In this document: in pieces, positions 1 through 7,696 of the stretch | How the letters are laid out: every line of letters starts with the position of its first letter | Numbering within the stretch: the stretch's first letter is position 1 | Origin: Candidatus Latescibacterota bacterium | Lineage (GTDB): Bacteria > Krumholzibacteriota > Krumholzibacteriia > WVZY01 | Direction: 5' to 3' | Length of the DNA stretch: 64,000 nt | Assembly (NCBI GenBank): GCA_963791045.1 | Contig: CAWBQK010000005.1 | Location: forward strand, 17,484-81,483 | Position numbers and translations under genes: made by a program | Notes under the pieces: model-generated | Told to the model about the DNA's origin: nothing | Databases searched by the model: none | The model's input: only the letters and a program-made list of their open reading frames with translations

Positions 1-262
1 CCGCCACGGCGGCGTCTACAGCATTCCCACCACGGCGAAGAACATCGGCGCCGACCGCCGATGCAATCGAGTCGGCCGACACGACGACAGCGTTGTCTAT
101 GACGGCGGTTTTGCCCGGCGCGCTAACTTCGACGGACGACGCCACGGGCTCTTCCTGCCGGACGTCCGAACATCCCGGCGCGAGGGTTCCCGCAAAAACA
201 AAAATCGCCACGGCAAGAACGGCCGCGGCGAGAGACATGGGGTTTATGTGTTTGTTTCTCAT
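1..262 (-). CDS. ggt: gamma-glutamyltransferase, N-terminal part (runs off window)
   Basis: Manual translation MRNKHINPMSLAAAVLAVAIFVFAGTLAPGC...AVVVSADSIASAVGADVLRRGGNAVDAAVA; GGNAVDAAVA is the GGT N-terminal motif; signal/lipoprotein-like leader. Confidence 0.85.
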   Translation of the reverse strand, partial: MRNKHINPMSLAAAVLAVAIFVFAGTLAPGCSDVRQEEPVASSVEVSAPGKTAVIDNAVVVSADSIASAVGADVLRRGGNAVDAAVA

Positions 263-268
263 AGTCAG

Positions 269-297
269 AGCCTATCAGTTATTGAAGGAGTTCTCAA
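269..297 (-). promoter_or_regulatory. sigma70-like promoter of ggt, probably leaderless
   Basis: TTGAGA-17bp-TAGGCT with extended TGn; -10 ends 6 nt before the ATG at 262. Confidence 0.5.
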
Positions 298-325
298 GAC
301 CGGCCGGGTGGCGCCCCAAAACAAC

Positions 326-360
326 AAAAAAACGGCGAGTGACACATGGCCACTCGCCGT
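326..360 (-). terminator. intrinsic terminator closing the ArsR/selenoprotein unit
   Basis: ACGGCGAGTG-loop-CACTCGCCGT 10-bp stem followed by a T-run on the minus strand. Confidence 0.85.
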
Positions 361-385
361 ACCCCTGAGCCAACAGGGCTCTATC

Positions 386-413
386 AAACTCTCGGCGGAC
401 ACGCCGCCGGTTT
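386..413 (-). promoter_or_regulatory. candidate bacterial SECIS element (FmdB-like gene)
   Basis: AAAC-CGGCGG-CGUGU-CCGCCG-AGA-GUUU; loop begins 20 nt after UGA with G at loop position 2. Confidence 0.6.
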
Positions 414-621
414 ACCAGATGCCTCAGGTGGAGCCGGCGCACTGCGGGCCGGCCGACGGACAACTCGCCTCGGACTGTCCACCCTTGGCGAACGTACTGA
501 ACATAATCTTGCCTTCTCCCCCGCAATCGGGGCACGCGATCGGTTCTTCGCGATCGGCCATGTTGCGAAGTTCAAAAAACTCACCTTCGCATTTTTCACA
601 TTTGTATTCGTACAACGGCAT
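412..621 (-). CDS. FmdB-family zinc-ribbon protein, probable selenoprotein (TGA 426-424 read as Sec; stops at 424 otherwise)
   Basis: MPLYEYKCEKC...CPDCG is the FmdB signature; C-terminus CAGST-TGA-GIW-TAA; SECIS-like hairpin follows the TGA. Confidence 0.8.
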
Positions 622-647
622 GGTTACCTTCCCTGTTTTTCTTTTGA

Positions 648-1010
648 TCAGCACATCCCGTTCGCGCGTCTCGCTCGTTCGAGATTCGCGATCTCTTCCC
701 ATGTATATCGATTGTCGGTTGTCACGTTTTCTTTTGCGCATAACGAATCCATAATCTGCGTAAGCGCCGGGTCGGACAGCGAGAAAACGACTTCGACGCC
801 GTTTCGCTCGGCCCTGACCAGTCCTTCGGAACGAAGCACCTTGAGGTGCTGCGCCACCGATGACTGGGGAACCCCCAACGTCTCCGCTATAAATGTCTGG
901 GTGCACGGCTGGTTGCGAAGCCCGCACACCATCTCGAGCCGAAGCGGGTGCGACAGCGCCTTGAGCACGCCGGCCGCACGTTGGAATTTATCTTTCAATG
1001 AATCGCTCAT
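648..1010 (-). CDS. ArsR/SmtB-family transcriptional regulator (BigR/SqrR-like Cys pair)
   Basis: LKALSHPLRLEMVC...QSSVAQHLKVLRSEGLVRAERNG HTH signature; Cys29 and Cys91. Confidence 0.9.
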   Translation of the reverse strand: MSDSLKDKFQRAAGVLKALSHPLRLEMVCGLRNQPCTQTFIAETLGVPQSSVAQHLKVLRSEGLVRAERNGVEVVFSLSDPALTQIMDSLCAKENVTTDNRYTWEEIANLERARRANGMC

Positions 1011-1177
1011 CGCGAGTCCTCTTCCCGCTTTTTTGTTTTCTCATCCGGCCCGACCGGCCGGTCACATGAAGCCGTTGCTCAGGTCGGGACGCCGAGCCGC
1101 GGGAGAACCCATACAATGAGGATCATGTATACGGCGATGCCCACGGCGGCGAAGCCAAACGTTTTTAGCGCTTCCAT
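1007..1177 (-). CDS. small single-TM membrane protein, probable selenoprotein (56 aa, Sec33)
   Basis: MEALKTFGFAAVGIAVYMILIVWVLPRLGVPT-TGA-ATASCDRPVGPDEKTKKREEDSR*; the read-through frame ends in an ATGA overlap with the ArsR start; not in the ORF track. Confidence 0.7.
1041..1069 (-). promoter_or_regulatory. candidate bacterial SECIS element (small membrane protein)
   Basis: UCAU-GUGA-CCGGCC-GGUCG-GGCCGG-AUGA; loop starts 23 nt after UGA and begins with GG. Confidence 0.65.
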
Positions 1178-1223
1178 CTCGTCAACCACATCCCTAACTT
1201 GTTAAAAATCAAACATAATTACT

Positions 1224-1265
1224 TTATCGTTGTATTATGATAATACAAACCAGCGAATCTGTCAA
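1224..1265 (-). promoter_or_regulatory. sigma70 promoter with overlapping palindromic operator
   Basis: TTGACA(1265-1260)-17bp-TATCAT(1242-1237); perfect 9-1-9 inverted repeat TTGTATTAT-G-ATAATACAA at 1230-1248 covers the -10. Confidence 0.8.
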
Positions 1266-1306
1266 GGGGAGGCTCACATATTTTTGAAAGAGTTGAACGG
1301 GGGGGG

Positions 1307-2548
1307 CTATTCTTCCTCGGCGCCGAAAAACACACGCTCGAGGAACTGCACCGAATAGGGCTGTTTCTCCAGCTCATTGTAGGAGAATAGCGAGTAACCT
1401 ATTACATTTTCGTGCCTTAGGAGTGACACCGAATATCCGAGATATCGATCGCGGCCGTCGTATACGGGGAGCCCCAGGATATACCGTGCGGGGCTGATCA
1501 TTCGGCTAATCCGGGTCGTGAGCGCCACCAATTCGCCGGGTTCGTAGGTATAGGCCATCGGAACGACAAAATCGACCAGGTCGTCCTGGATCCATTTGAC
1601 CCAGTTCTGCCCCTTCTCTACCCGGGCGCGTTCCGCCTCGGGCACAACGGCGGCCGAAAGCGCAACATCCCCGATCGCAGCCCGTATCGAGCGGATGAGG
1701 GAATCGACCTGCGCGGACCGCCACTCGACGAACACACTGTCGAGAAACGCCGCCGTCCCAGGCTTCTCGAGCCACGCGCCCGCCGGATCGCCGGCAACAG
1801 CGGGGGTGGACGGCAAGAACTCGAACGGGTCGACGCCGTAACGCAGGGCAAAGGCCGTCCTCTGGTCCTCGCTGTAGTCGAAGCGGTTGTTGGGGTAACG
1901 GACGTAGTCGAGATGGATTCCATCGACGGGGTAGCGTTCGACGATCTCGGCGATGACGGCGGTCGTATGAGCGCGGACCCCTGCGAAGCCCGGCGACACA
2001 AAGTAGCCCGCCATGTTCTCACCGAGCCACGCGCTGAGCGGCTTCTCATCCATGCGAACACCATCGCGGTCCGCCATGAGCCACTCGGGATGCTCGCTGA
2101 CAATGTGATTCGGCGGCGGAGACGCTTTGGGATCCGACCACACGTAGTACGTGTTGATCCACGCGTGGACGGCAATCCCCGCCTGGTGGCATCGCCGGAG
2201 CATATAATCAAACGGATCGAAATCATCGATCGGCCGTCCGAGCTTCTGCCCTTCCGGCTCGAGCGACGACCGGTAGTACGCATCACCTCGCCCCCGCACC
2301 TGGACGAACAGGAGATGAAACCGCGCCCGCGTCGCATAGTCGACGGCAAGGTCTACATCTTCCTTTGAACTAAGCGAGTATCGAACAACCCACGCGGCTC
2401 GTATCTCGTCCTTCGGCACGACGGGCGAGTTAAGGAGGAATGTCTCCAGATACGCCCCCCGCCCCTGTGCTTTCGACAAGCAAGGGAGCGTCAATAGGAC
2501 CAATGTTACGATGATGCAGGTTCTCGACAACATATGATTAGTATGCAT
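1307..2548 (-). CDS. secreted glycoside hydrolase-like family 10 protein (DUF187/YddW-like)
   Basis: Signal peptide; EIRAAWV, FVQVRGRGDAYY, VHAWIN, YPVDGIHLDYVRYP motifs. Confidence 0.85.
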   Translation of the reverse strand: MHTNHMLSRTCIIVTLVLLTLPCLSKAQGRGAYLETFLLNSPVVPKDEIRAAWVVRYSLSSKEDVDLAVDYATRARFHLLFVQVRGRGDAYYRSSLEPEGQKLGRPIDDFDPFDYMLRRCHQAGIAVHAWINTYYVWSDPKASPPPNHIVSEHPEWLMADRDGVRMDEKPLSAWLGENMAGYFVSPGFAGVRAHTTAVIAEIVERYPVDGIHLDYVRYPNNRFDYSEDQRTAFALRYGVDPFEFLPSTPAVAGDPAGAWLEKPGTAAFLDSVFVEWRSAQVDSLIRSIRAAIGDVALSAAVVPEAERARVEKGQNWVKWIQDDLVDFVVPMAYTYEPGELVALTTRISRMISPARYILGLPVYDGRDRYLGYSVSLLRHENVIGYSLFSYNELEKQPYSVQFLERVFFGAEEE

Positions 2549-2552
2549 AGAA

Positions 2553-2634
2553 AACGGGCCCGTTACAATCTCTGATGCGATTCCCGCGGCGCGCGGCCTG
2601 CGGCATAAACATAGAAGATTGTAACGGGCCCGTT
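2553..2634. repeat. 19-bp perfect inverted repeat downstream of rplQ
   Basis: AACGGGCCCGTTACAATCT (2553-2571) / AGATTGTAACGGGCCCGTT (2616-2634). Confidence 0.85.
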
Positions 2635-2647
2635 ATTTGACGACTAA

Positions 2648-3268
2648 CTACTTGCTTTTATCAGAAGCTTTCCTCGGTTTCGCCGTCTTGGGGGCTTTCT
2701 GAGGCTTCGCTTCCTTCTTAGCGACCTTTTCCTTGGCCGTTTTCTTGGCTTTGTCTTTTGCCTTCTTTTCAGTCTTCTCCGCGTCCGCGGCAAGTTCGGC
2801 CGCCTGGCGTTTCTTCATCATCGGCTTCATGGTCTTTTCTGTCTCGACGAGTTCGAGCATGACGGTCTGAGCGTTGTCACCCAGACGAACACCGAGCCTG
2901 AGGATCCGTGTATAGCCACCCTCGCGCTCCATGTAGTGCGGTGCGATCTCGTCAAACAGCTTCTTGAGCACTGATTTCTTCTGAACGACGCGCGCGGCCT
3001 GGCGCCAGTGCGCCAGCGCGTTGGCCTGCATCTGCTTGGCCTCGACGGCGTTGCCCGCGTCTCTCAGTGACTCGTATTCCTTGTAAGCCGTGTAGCCTTT
3101 TTTCGCCCGCGTAATCAAACGCTCCGCGGCGCGGCGTGCTTCTTTTGCCTTTGCGTCAGTCGTCTGGATACGTTCTTTGTCGAACAACGACGTGACCATG
3201 TTGGCGAGCATCGCCTTGCGATGGGCCCGCGTGCGTCCTAGTTTTCTGTGATCAACTCGGTGTCTCAT
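2648..3268 (-). CDS. rplQ: 50S ribosomal protein L17 (internal insertion, Lys/Ala-rich tail)
   Basis: MRHRVDHRKLGRTRAHRKAMLANM; REGGYTRILRLG. Confidence 0.97.
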   Translation of the reverse strand: MRHRVDHRKLGRTRAHRKAMLANMVTSLFDKERIQTTDAKAKEARRAAERLITRAKKGYTAYKEYESLRDAGNAVEAKQMQANALAHWRQAARVVQKKSVLKKLFDEIAPHYMEREGGYTRILRLGVRLGDNAQTVMLELVETEKTMKPMMKKRQAAELAADAEKTEKKAKDKAKKTAKEKVAKKEAKPQKAPKTAKPRKASDKSK

Positions 3269-3283
3269 CTCGATTCCTTACAA

Positions 3284-4357
3284 TTAGACGGCTTCGGCCG
3301 GTTTTTCCGCCTCGTCCGTATTTTCCGGAGTGTCTATTACTTCCGTTGTCTCTGTTTTTGGCTCCTCAGGCTTATCCTTCCCGGCGCCGCCGAGAATTCC
3401 TTCCACATCCATGCCAAGATGCAGACCCATGCCGTTGAGGATCTCACCGATTTCTTTCAAACTCTGCTTGCCAAAATTCCTGTACTTGAGCATGTCCTGC
3501 TCACTGCGGCGAACGAGTTCACCGAGAAACTTAATGTTGGCGCGACGCAGACAGTTGCTGGAACGAACCGAAAGTTCGAGTTCTTCGACACTGCGGCTGA
3601 GAAGCTCTTTGAGTTTTTCGAGTTCTTCATCAACTACTTCGTCGACTTCTTCCATCGGCTCTTCATCAAAGTGGATAAAGAGAATCATGTGGTCCTTGAC
3701 AATTTTTGCCGCGAACCCAAGAGCGTCTTCCGGTGTTACGCTTCCGTCGGTCCCGATATCGAGAACGAGCTTGTCGTAGTCGGTACGCTGACCGACACGT
3801 GTGTTCTCGACTCTGTACGACACCTTGCGGATCGGCGAGAAGTTCGAGTCCACAGGGATGAGACCTATGTCGAAATCATCCAGATTGTGGGCTTCGGCCG
3901 GCACATACCCGCGGCCATGACCGATCAGGATCTGCATTTCGACCTTCGTTTTTTCCGTGGCCGTGCAAATCACAAGATCCTTGTTCTTGATTTCGATATC
4001 GCTGATCTCTTCGATATCAGCCGCCGTGATCTCGCCTTCCTTCTCTACGTTGAGAGTAAGGAACATCGGCTCATCGGTGTGCATGACGACAACGAGCTGC
4101 TTGAGATTGAGGATAATGTCGGTAACATCCTCGAAAACTCCCGGGATGTTGCTGAGCTCGTGAAGCACACCTGTCATGCGGACGGCCGTTACCCCGGCGC
4201 CCTGGATCGACGACAATAACGTCCGGCGCAGAGCGTTTCCGATCGTTTGCCCGAAGCCTCTTTCGAGAGGTTCAATGACAAAGCTACCGCCAGAGACGGT
4301 AGCCGCCTGTGCGTCCTTGGTTATTTCCTTTGGCATCAATAAATTACGCCACTTCAT
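3284..4357 (-). CDS. rpoA: RNA polymerase subunit alpha
   Basis: EPLERGFGQTIGNALRRTLLSS; LELSVRSSNCL; RNFGKQSL. Confidence 0.98.
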   Translation of the reverse strand: MKWRNLLMPKEITKDAQAATVSGGSFVIEPLERGFGQTIGNALRRTLLSSIQGAGVTAVRMTGVLHELSNIPGVFEDVTDIILNLKQLVVVMHTDEPMFLTLNVEKEGEITAADIEEISDIEIKNKDLVICTATEKTKVEMQILIGHGRGYVPAEAHNLDDFDIGLIPVDSNFSPIRKVSYRVENTRVGQRTDYDKLVLDIGTDGSVTPEDALGFAAKIVKDHMILFIHFDEEPMEEVDEVVDEELEKLKELLSRSVEELELSVRSSNCLRRANIKFLGELVRRSEQDMLKYRNFGKQSLKEIGEILNGMGLHLGMDVEGILGGAGKDKPEEPKTETTEVIDTPENTDEAEKPAEAV

Positions 4358-4391
4358 CTTATACGCGCCTCCTCATGGAGCTACTTTGCGA

Positions 4392-5021
4392 CTATTTCGA
4401 GTAAAGCTCGACGACCATCTGTTCGTCCATCGGGACGGGTATCGCTTCTCTGGATGGAATCTCGAGTAATTCGCCTACCATCTTATTCGCGTCGATATCC
4501 AGGTAAGGAACCACCGACCGGCTGTCGAGATTCTTCATGCTTTCCTGAATCATAAAGAGCTGCTTGCTCTTGTCGCGCGGACCGATTCGGTCGCCAGGCG
4601 AAACCAGGAAACTCGGGATGTTTACCTTGGTTCCGTTGACCTGGAAATGACTGTGGCGAATGAGCTGGCGTGCCATGGCACGCGATGCACAGAAACCCAT
4701 CCGATAAACGATGTTGTCAAGCCTGCGCTCGAGCAGCTGAAGCAAGTTGGTACCAGTGATACCTTTCTGCTGGGCCGCTTTCACGAAATAGTTGTGGAAC
4801 TGTGCTTCCAGAAGTCCGTACATCCGCCGGATCTTCTGCTTTTCCCGCAACTGGATGTTGTATTTTGACGGTTTACCTCTACGCCGGCGGCCGTGCTGTC
4901 CGGGAGGATAATCGCGTTTTTCGATGGCACATTTGTTCGAAAAACAGCGGTCTCCCTTGAGAAAGAGCTTGGTGCCTTCGCGCCGGCAAAGCTTACATTT
5001 TGCGTCTCTATATCTCGCCAT
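4392..5021 (-). CDS. rpsD: 30S ribosomal protein S4
   Basis: [27 protein letters not shown]. Confidence 0.98.
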   Translation of the reverse strand: MARYRDAKCKLCRREGTKLFLKGDRCFSNKCAIEKRDYPPGQHGRRRRGKPSKYNIQLREKQKIRRMYGLLEAQFHNYFVKAAQQKGITGTNLLQLLERRLDNIVYRMGFCASRAMARQLIRHSHFQVNGTKVNIPSFLVSPGDRIGPRDKSKQLFMIQESMKNLDSRSVVPYLDIDANKMVGELLEIPSREAIPVPMDEQMVVELYSK

Positions 5022-5053
5022 TCGTTTCTCCCAATCCCAAGAAGGGGTCTGGA

Positions 5054-5446
5054 TTATACTCTACGCCTTTTCTTCTGACGGACGCCGTTGTGAGGGACAG
5101 GGGTGACGTCCTTGACACCCGTCACTTCGAGACCCGCCGACTTGAGCGAGCGGATCGCGGCCTCACGACCGGCACCGGGGCCTTTTATCCAGGCTTCGAC
5201 TTTTCTCATGCCCATATCCATAACTTCGCGGGCACAACGGTCGGCGGCCTGCTGCGCGGCAAACGGGGTGCTCTTCCGCGAGCCCTTGAAACCCATGGTT
5301 CCCGGACTGGCCCAAGAAACGACGTTGCCGTTCAAATCCGTGATCGTAATGATCGTGTTATTAAACGTCGACTTGATGTGGGCTACGCCCGCGACGTCTA
5401 CCTTTCTTGCTTTCTTCTTCTTTGGTGTTCTTTTGGGTTTAGCCAA
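5054..5446 (-). CDS. rpsK: 30S ribosomal protein S11
   Basis: [29 protein letters not shown] start after AGGAGG. Confidence 0.97.
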   Translation of the reverse strand: MAKPKRTPKKKKARKVDVAGVAHIKSTFNNTIITITDLNGNVVSWASPGTMGFKGSRKSTPFAAQQAADRCAREVMDMGMRKVEAWIKGPGAGREAAIRSLKSAGLEVTGVKDVTPVPHNGVRQKKRRRV

Positions 5447-5506
5447 AATACCCTCCTGATTCACTCCATGCGACTAGCGCACGTTGTGTACGTCAACAGC
5501 CCGTCA

Positions 5507-5881
5507 CTATTTCTTCTTCTTACCCGCGCCCGGACGTGCCTTCGGACCTTTACGCGTACGCGCATTGGTGCTCGTCCTCTGCCCCCTGCACGGGAGACCT
5601 CTTTTGTGACGCTGTCCCCTGTAGCAATTGATCTCCATCAAACGTTTGATGTTATCCCGCACCTCACCACGCAGCGACCCTTCAACCTTATAATCATTCT
5701 CGAGAATGTTACGAATCTTGATCGTATCTTCCTCGGTGAGATCTTTCACCCGCCGAGTCGGATCGAGACCCGTCTTCTCGCAGATATTCCGGGCGGACGT
5801 ACGCCCGACCCCGAAGATATACGTGAGGCTGATCTCAAGACACTTGTCGTTTGGAATATCAACACCTGCGATACGTGCCAC
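5507..5881 (-). CDS. rpsM: 30S ribosomal protein S13
   Basis: [24 protein letters not shown]. Confidence 0.98.
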   Translation of the reverse strand: MARIAGVDIPNDKCLEISLTYIFGVGRTSARNICEKTGLDPTRRVKDLTEEDTIKIRNILENDYKVEGSLRGEVRDNIKRLMEINCYRGQRHKRGLPCRGQRTSTNARTRKGPKARPGAGKKKK

Positions 5882-5912
5882 CGATCATTCTCCTTTCAAA
5901 ACCGTCCGGCTC

Positions 5913-6026
5913 TTAACCCTGACGTTGTTTGTGCCGTTTGTTCTTACAAATTACGCGTACGACACCCTTGCGCCGGACTATCTTGCAATGTGAACACATT
6001 TTTTTGACTGAGCTTCTTACTTTCAT
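5913..6026 (-). CDS. rpmJ: 50S ribosomal protein L36
   Basis: Manual translation [37 protein letters not shown] (below ORF-track cutoff). Confidence 0.97.
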   Translation of the reverse strand: MKVRSSVKKMCSHCKIVRRKGVVRVICKNKRHKQRQG

Positions 6027-6050
6027 AGGAATCTTCCTTTAACGGATTCT

Positions 6051-6269
6051 CTACTTGTACCTGTAAACGATCCGTCCCTTTGTCAAATCATATGGGGACA
6101 GTTCAATGGTCACGCGATCACCGGGGAGAATCTTGATAAAATGCATTCTCATCTTTCCCGAAACGTGAGCCAGCACGACATGCTTGTTTTCCAGTTCAAC
6201 ACGAAACATCGTGTTGGGTAGTGCTTCGAGGACCGTGCCTTCGACTGATATCCCTTGTTCCTTGGCCAC
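6051..6269 (-). CDS. infA: translation initiation factor IF-1
   Basis: [37 protein letters not shown] start. Confidence 0.97.
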   Translation of the reverse strand: MAKEQGISVEGTVLEALPNTMFRVELENKHVVLAHVSGKMRMHFIKILPGDRVTIELSPYDLTKGRIVYRYK

Positions 6270-6302
6270 CAGGTTGCGCCAATCCTTTCTCTTGATACTC
6301 AC

Positions 6303-7046
6303 TCAGCGAGTGAGGATCTCGGGTCCGTCTTTTGTGATCGCTATCGTATCCTCGAAATGAGCCGAATATTCTTTGTCCGCCGTCACAACCGTCCACCCAT
6401 CCGAGAGCGTAAAGACATCGCTCCGTCCAACATTGACCATCGGCTCGATCGCTATAACAAGTCCTTCTCTAAGCTCCGGGCCTTGCGCCGGAGGACCGAA
6501 ATTCGGCACCTGCGGCTCCTCGTGCATCCTCTGCCCAATCCCATGCCCGACAAGCGATTTCACTACCGAGAATCCGTGATCGAGAACAAAACTCTCGACG
6601 GCGTGTGAAATGTCACTCAGCCGGTTTCCCACCCGGGCCTTATCTATCGCTTTTTCCAGCGACGAACGGGTGACATCGAGAAGGGTTTCGGTCCCTTCAG
6701 TGATCTTTCCGACGGGATACGTTCGCGCCGCATCGGCGTAATAAGAGTTCTTGAAAACCCCTATGTCGATCCCGCAGATATCTCCGTCTTCCAGAACACG
6801 CTCATTCGGTATCCCGTGGACGACTTCTTCGTTAACCGAGATACATGTCGCGGCCGGATACCCGTGAAATCCTTTAAAAGCCGCTTTTGCTCCGGCCTTC
6901 TCAATGATTTTCTCTACCGCGGCGTCGATGTCTTTCTTTATTACTCCGGGCTTCACGAACTCGGAGAGCATTTCAAAACAGTTTTTGAGAATCGCCCCGT
7001 TTCGCTTCATGATCGCAATTTCGGAGGGCGATTTCAGATAAATCAT
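6303..7046 (-). CDS. map: methionine aminopeptidase type I
   Basis: CISVNEEVVHGIP; GHGIG..HEEP; SAHFEDT. Confidence 0.97.
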   Translation of the reverse strand: MIYLKSPSEIAIMKRNGAILKNCFEMLSEFVKPGVIKKDIDAAVEKIIEKAGAKAAFKGFHGYPAATCISVNEEVVHGIPNERVLEDGDICGIDIGVFKNSYYADAARTYPVGKITEGTETLLDVTRSSLEKAIDKARVGNRLSDISHAVESFVLDHGFSVVKSLVGHGIGQRMHEEPQVPNFGPPAQGPELREGLVIAIEPMVNVGRSDVFTLSDGWTVVTADKEYSAHFEDTIAITKDGPEILTR

Positions 7047-7696
7047 AAGTCGATCAATCCCGATAAAGCGGCGGTCACATCGTCGATCGGCTTTGAACCA
7101 TCCACACGATGGACGCTGTACCTGCCGTCATAGAGCCCCAAAATCGGCAGCGTTTCGCTGTCGTAAACATCGAGTCGTTTTTTTATCGTCTCCGGCTTGT
7201 CGTCATCACGAAGAATCAACTCGCCGCCACAGGCGTCACATTTACCTTCCGTTGCCGGCGGCTTGCTCACCAGGTGATAAACCGCTTTGCAAGACAAGCA
7301 CGTACGACGGTTCGACAAACGTTTGACGATTGCCTCGGGGTCGATCTCGATATAAATAACCGCGTCTATCTTTTCGCCGGCCTCCGAAAGCACCTCTTCG
7401 AGCGCCTCGGCCTGGGCGAGGTTCCGCGGGTACCCATCGAGTATCCAACCGTTGTACTGGGACCGCTTGTCGGTGTCGGTGAGCGTCTCTTTCAACAGAG
7501 CGAGAACGATTTCATCCGACACAAGCTGGCCCGACGCCATAATGCTTTCAACCTGCTCGCCGATCGGTGACTTGCTCGCAACGGCGTCACGAAGCAGATC
7601 GCCGGTTGAAACGTGCTGAACATTGGACTTCTCGGCGATTAAAGACGCCTGTGTTCCCTTGCCCGAGCCGGGAGCACCAAGAATCACAAAGTTCAT
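7043..7696 (-). CDS. adk: adenylate kinase
   Basis: GAPGSGKGTQA; LDGYPR; zinc LID cysteines. Confidence 0.97.
   Translation of the reverse strand: MNFVILGAPGSGKGTQASLIAEKSNVQHVSTGDLLRDAVASKSPIGEQVESIMASGQLVSDEIVLALLKETLTDTDKRSQYNGWILDGYPRNLAQAEALEEVLSEAGEKIDAVIYIEIDPEAIVKRLSNRRTCLSCKAVYHLVSKPPATEGKCDACGGELILRDDDKPETIKKRLDVYDSETLPILGLYDGRYSVHRVDGSKPIDDVTAALSGLIDL

Noticed and set aside
424-927. 167-aa ORF-track call
   Set aside because: Its 5' part overlaps the ArsR gene out of frame; the real start is the SD-preceded ATG at 621 (MPLYEY)
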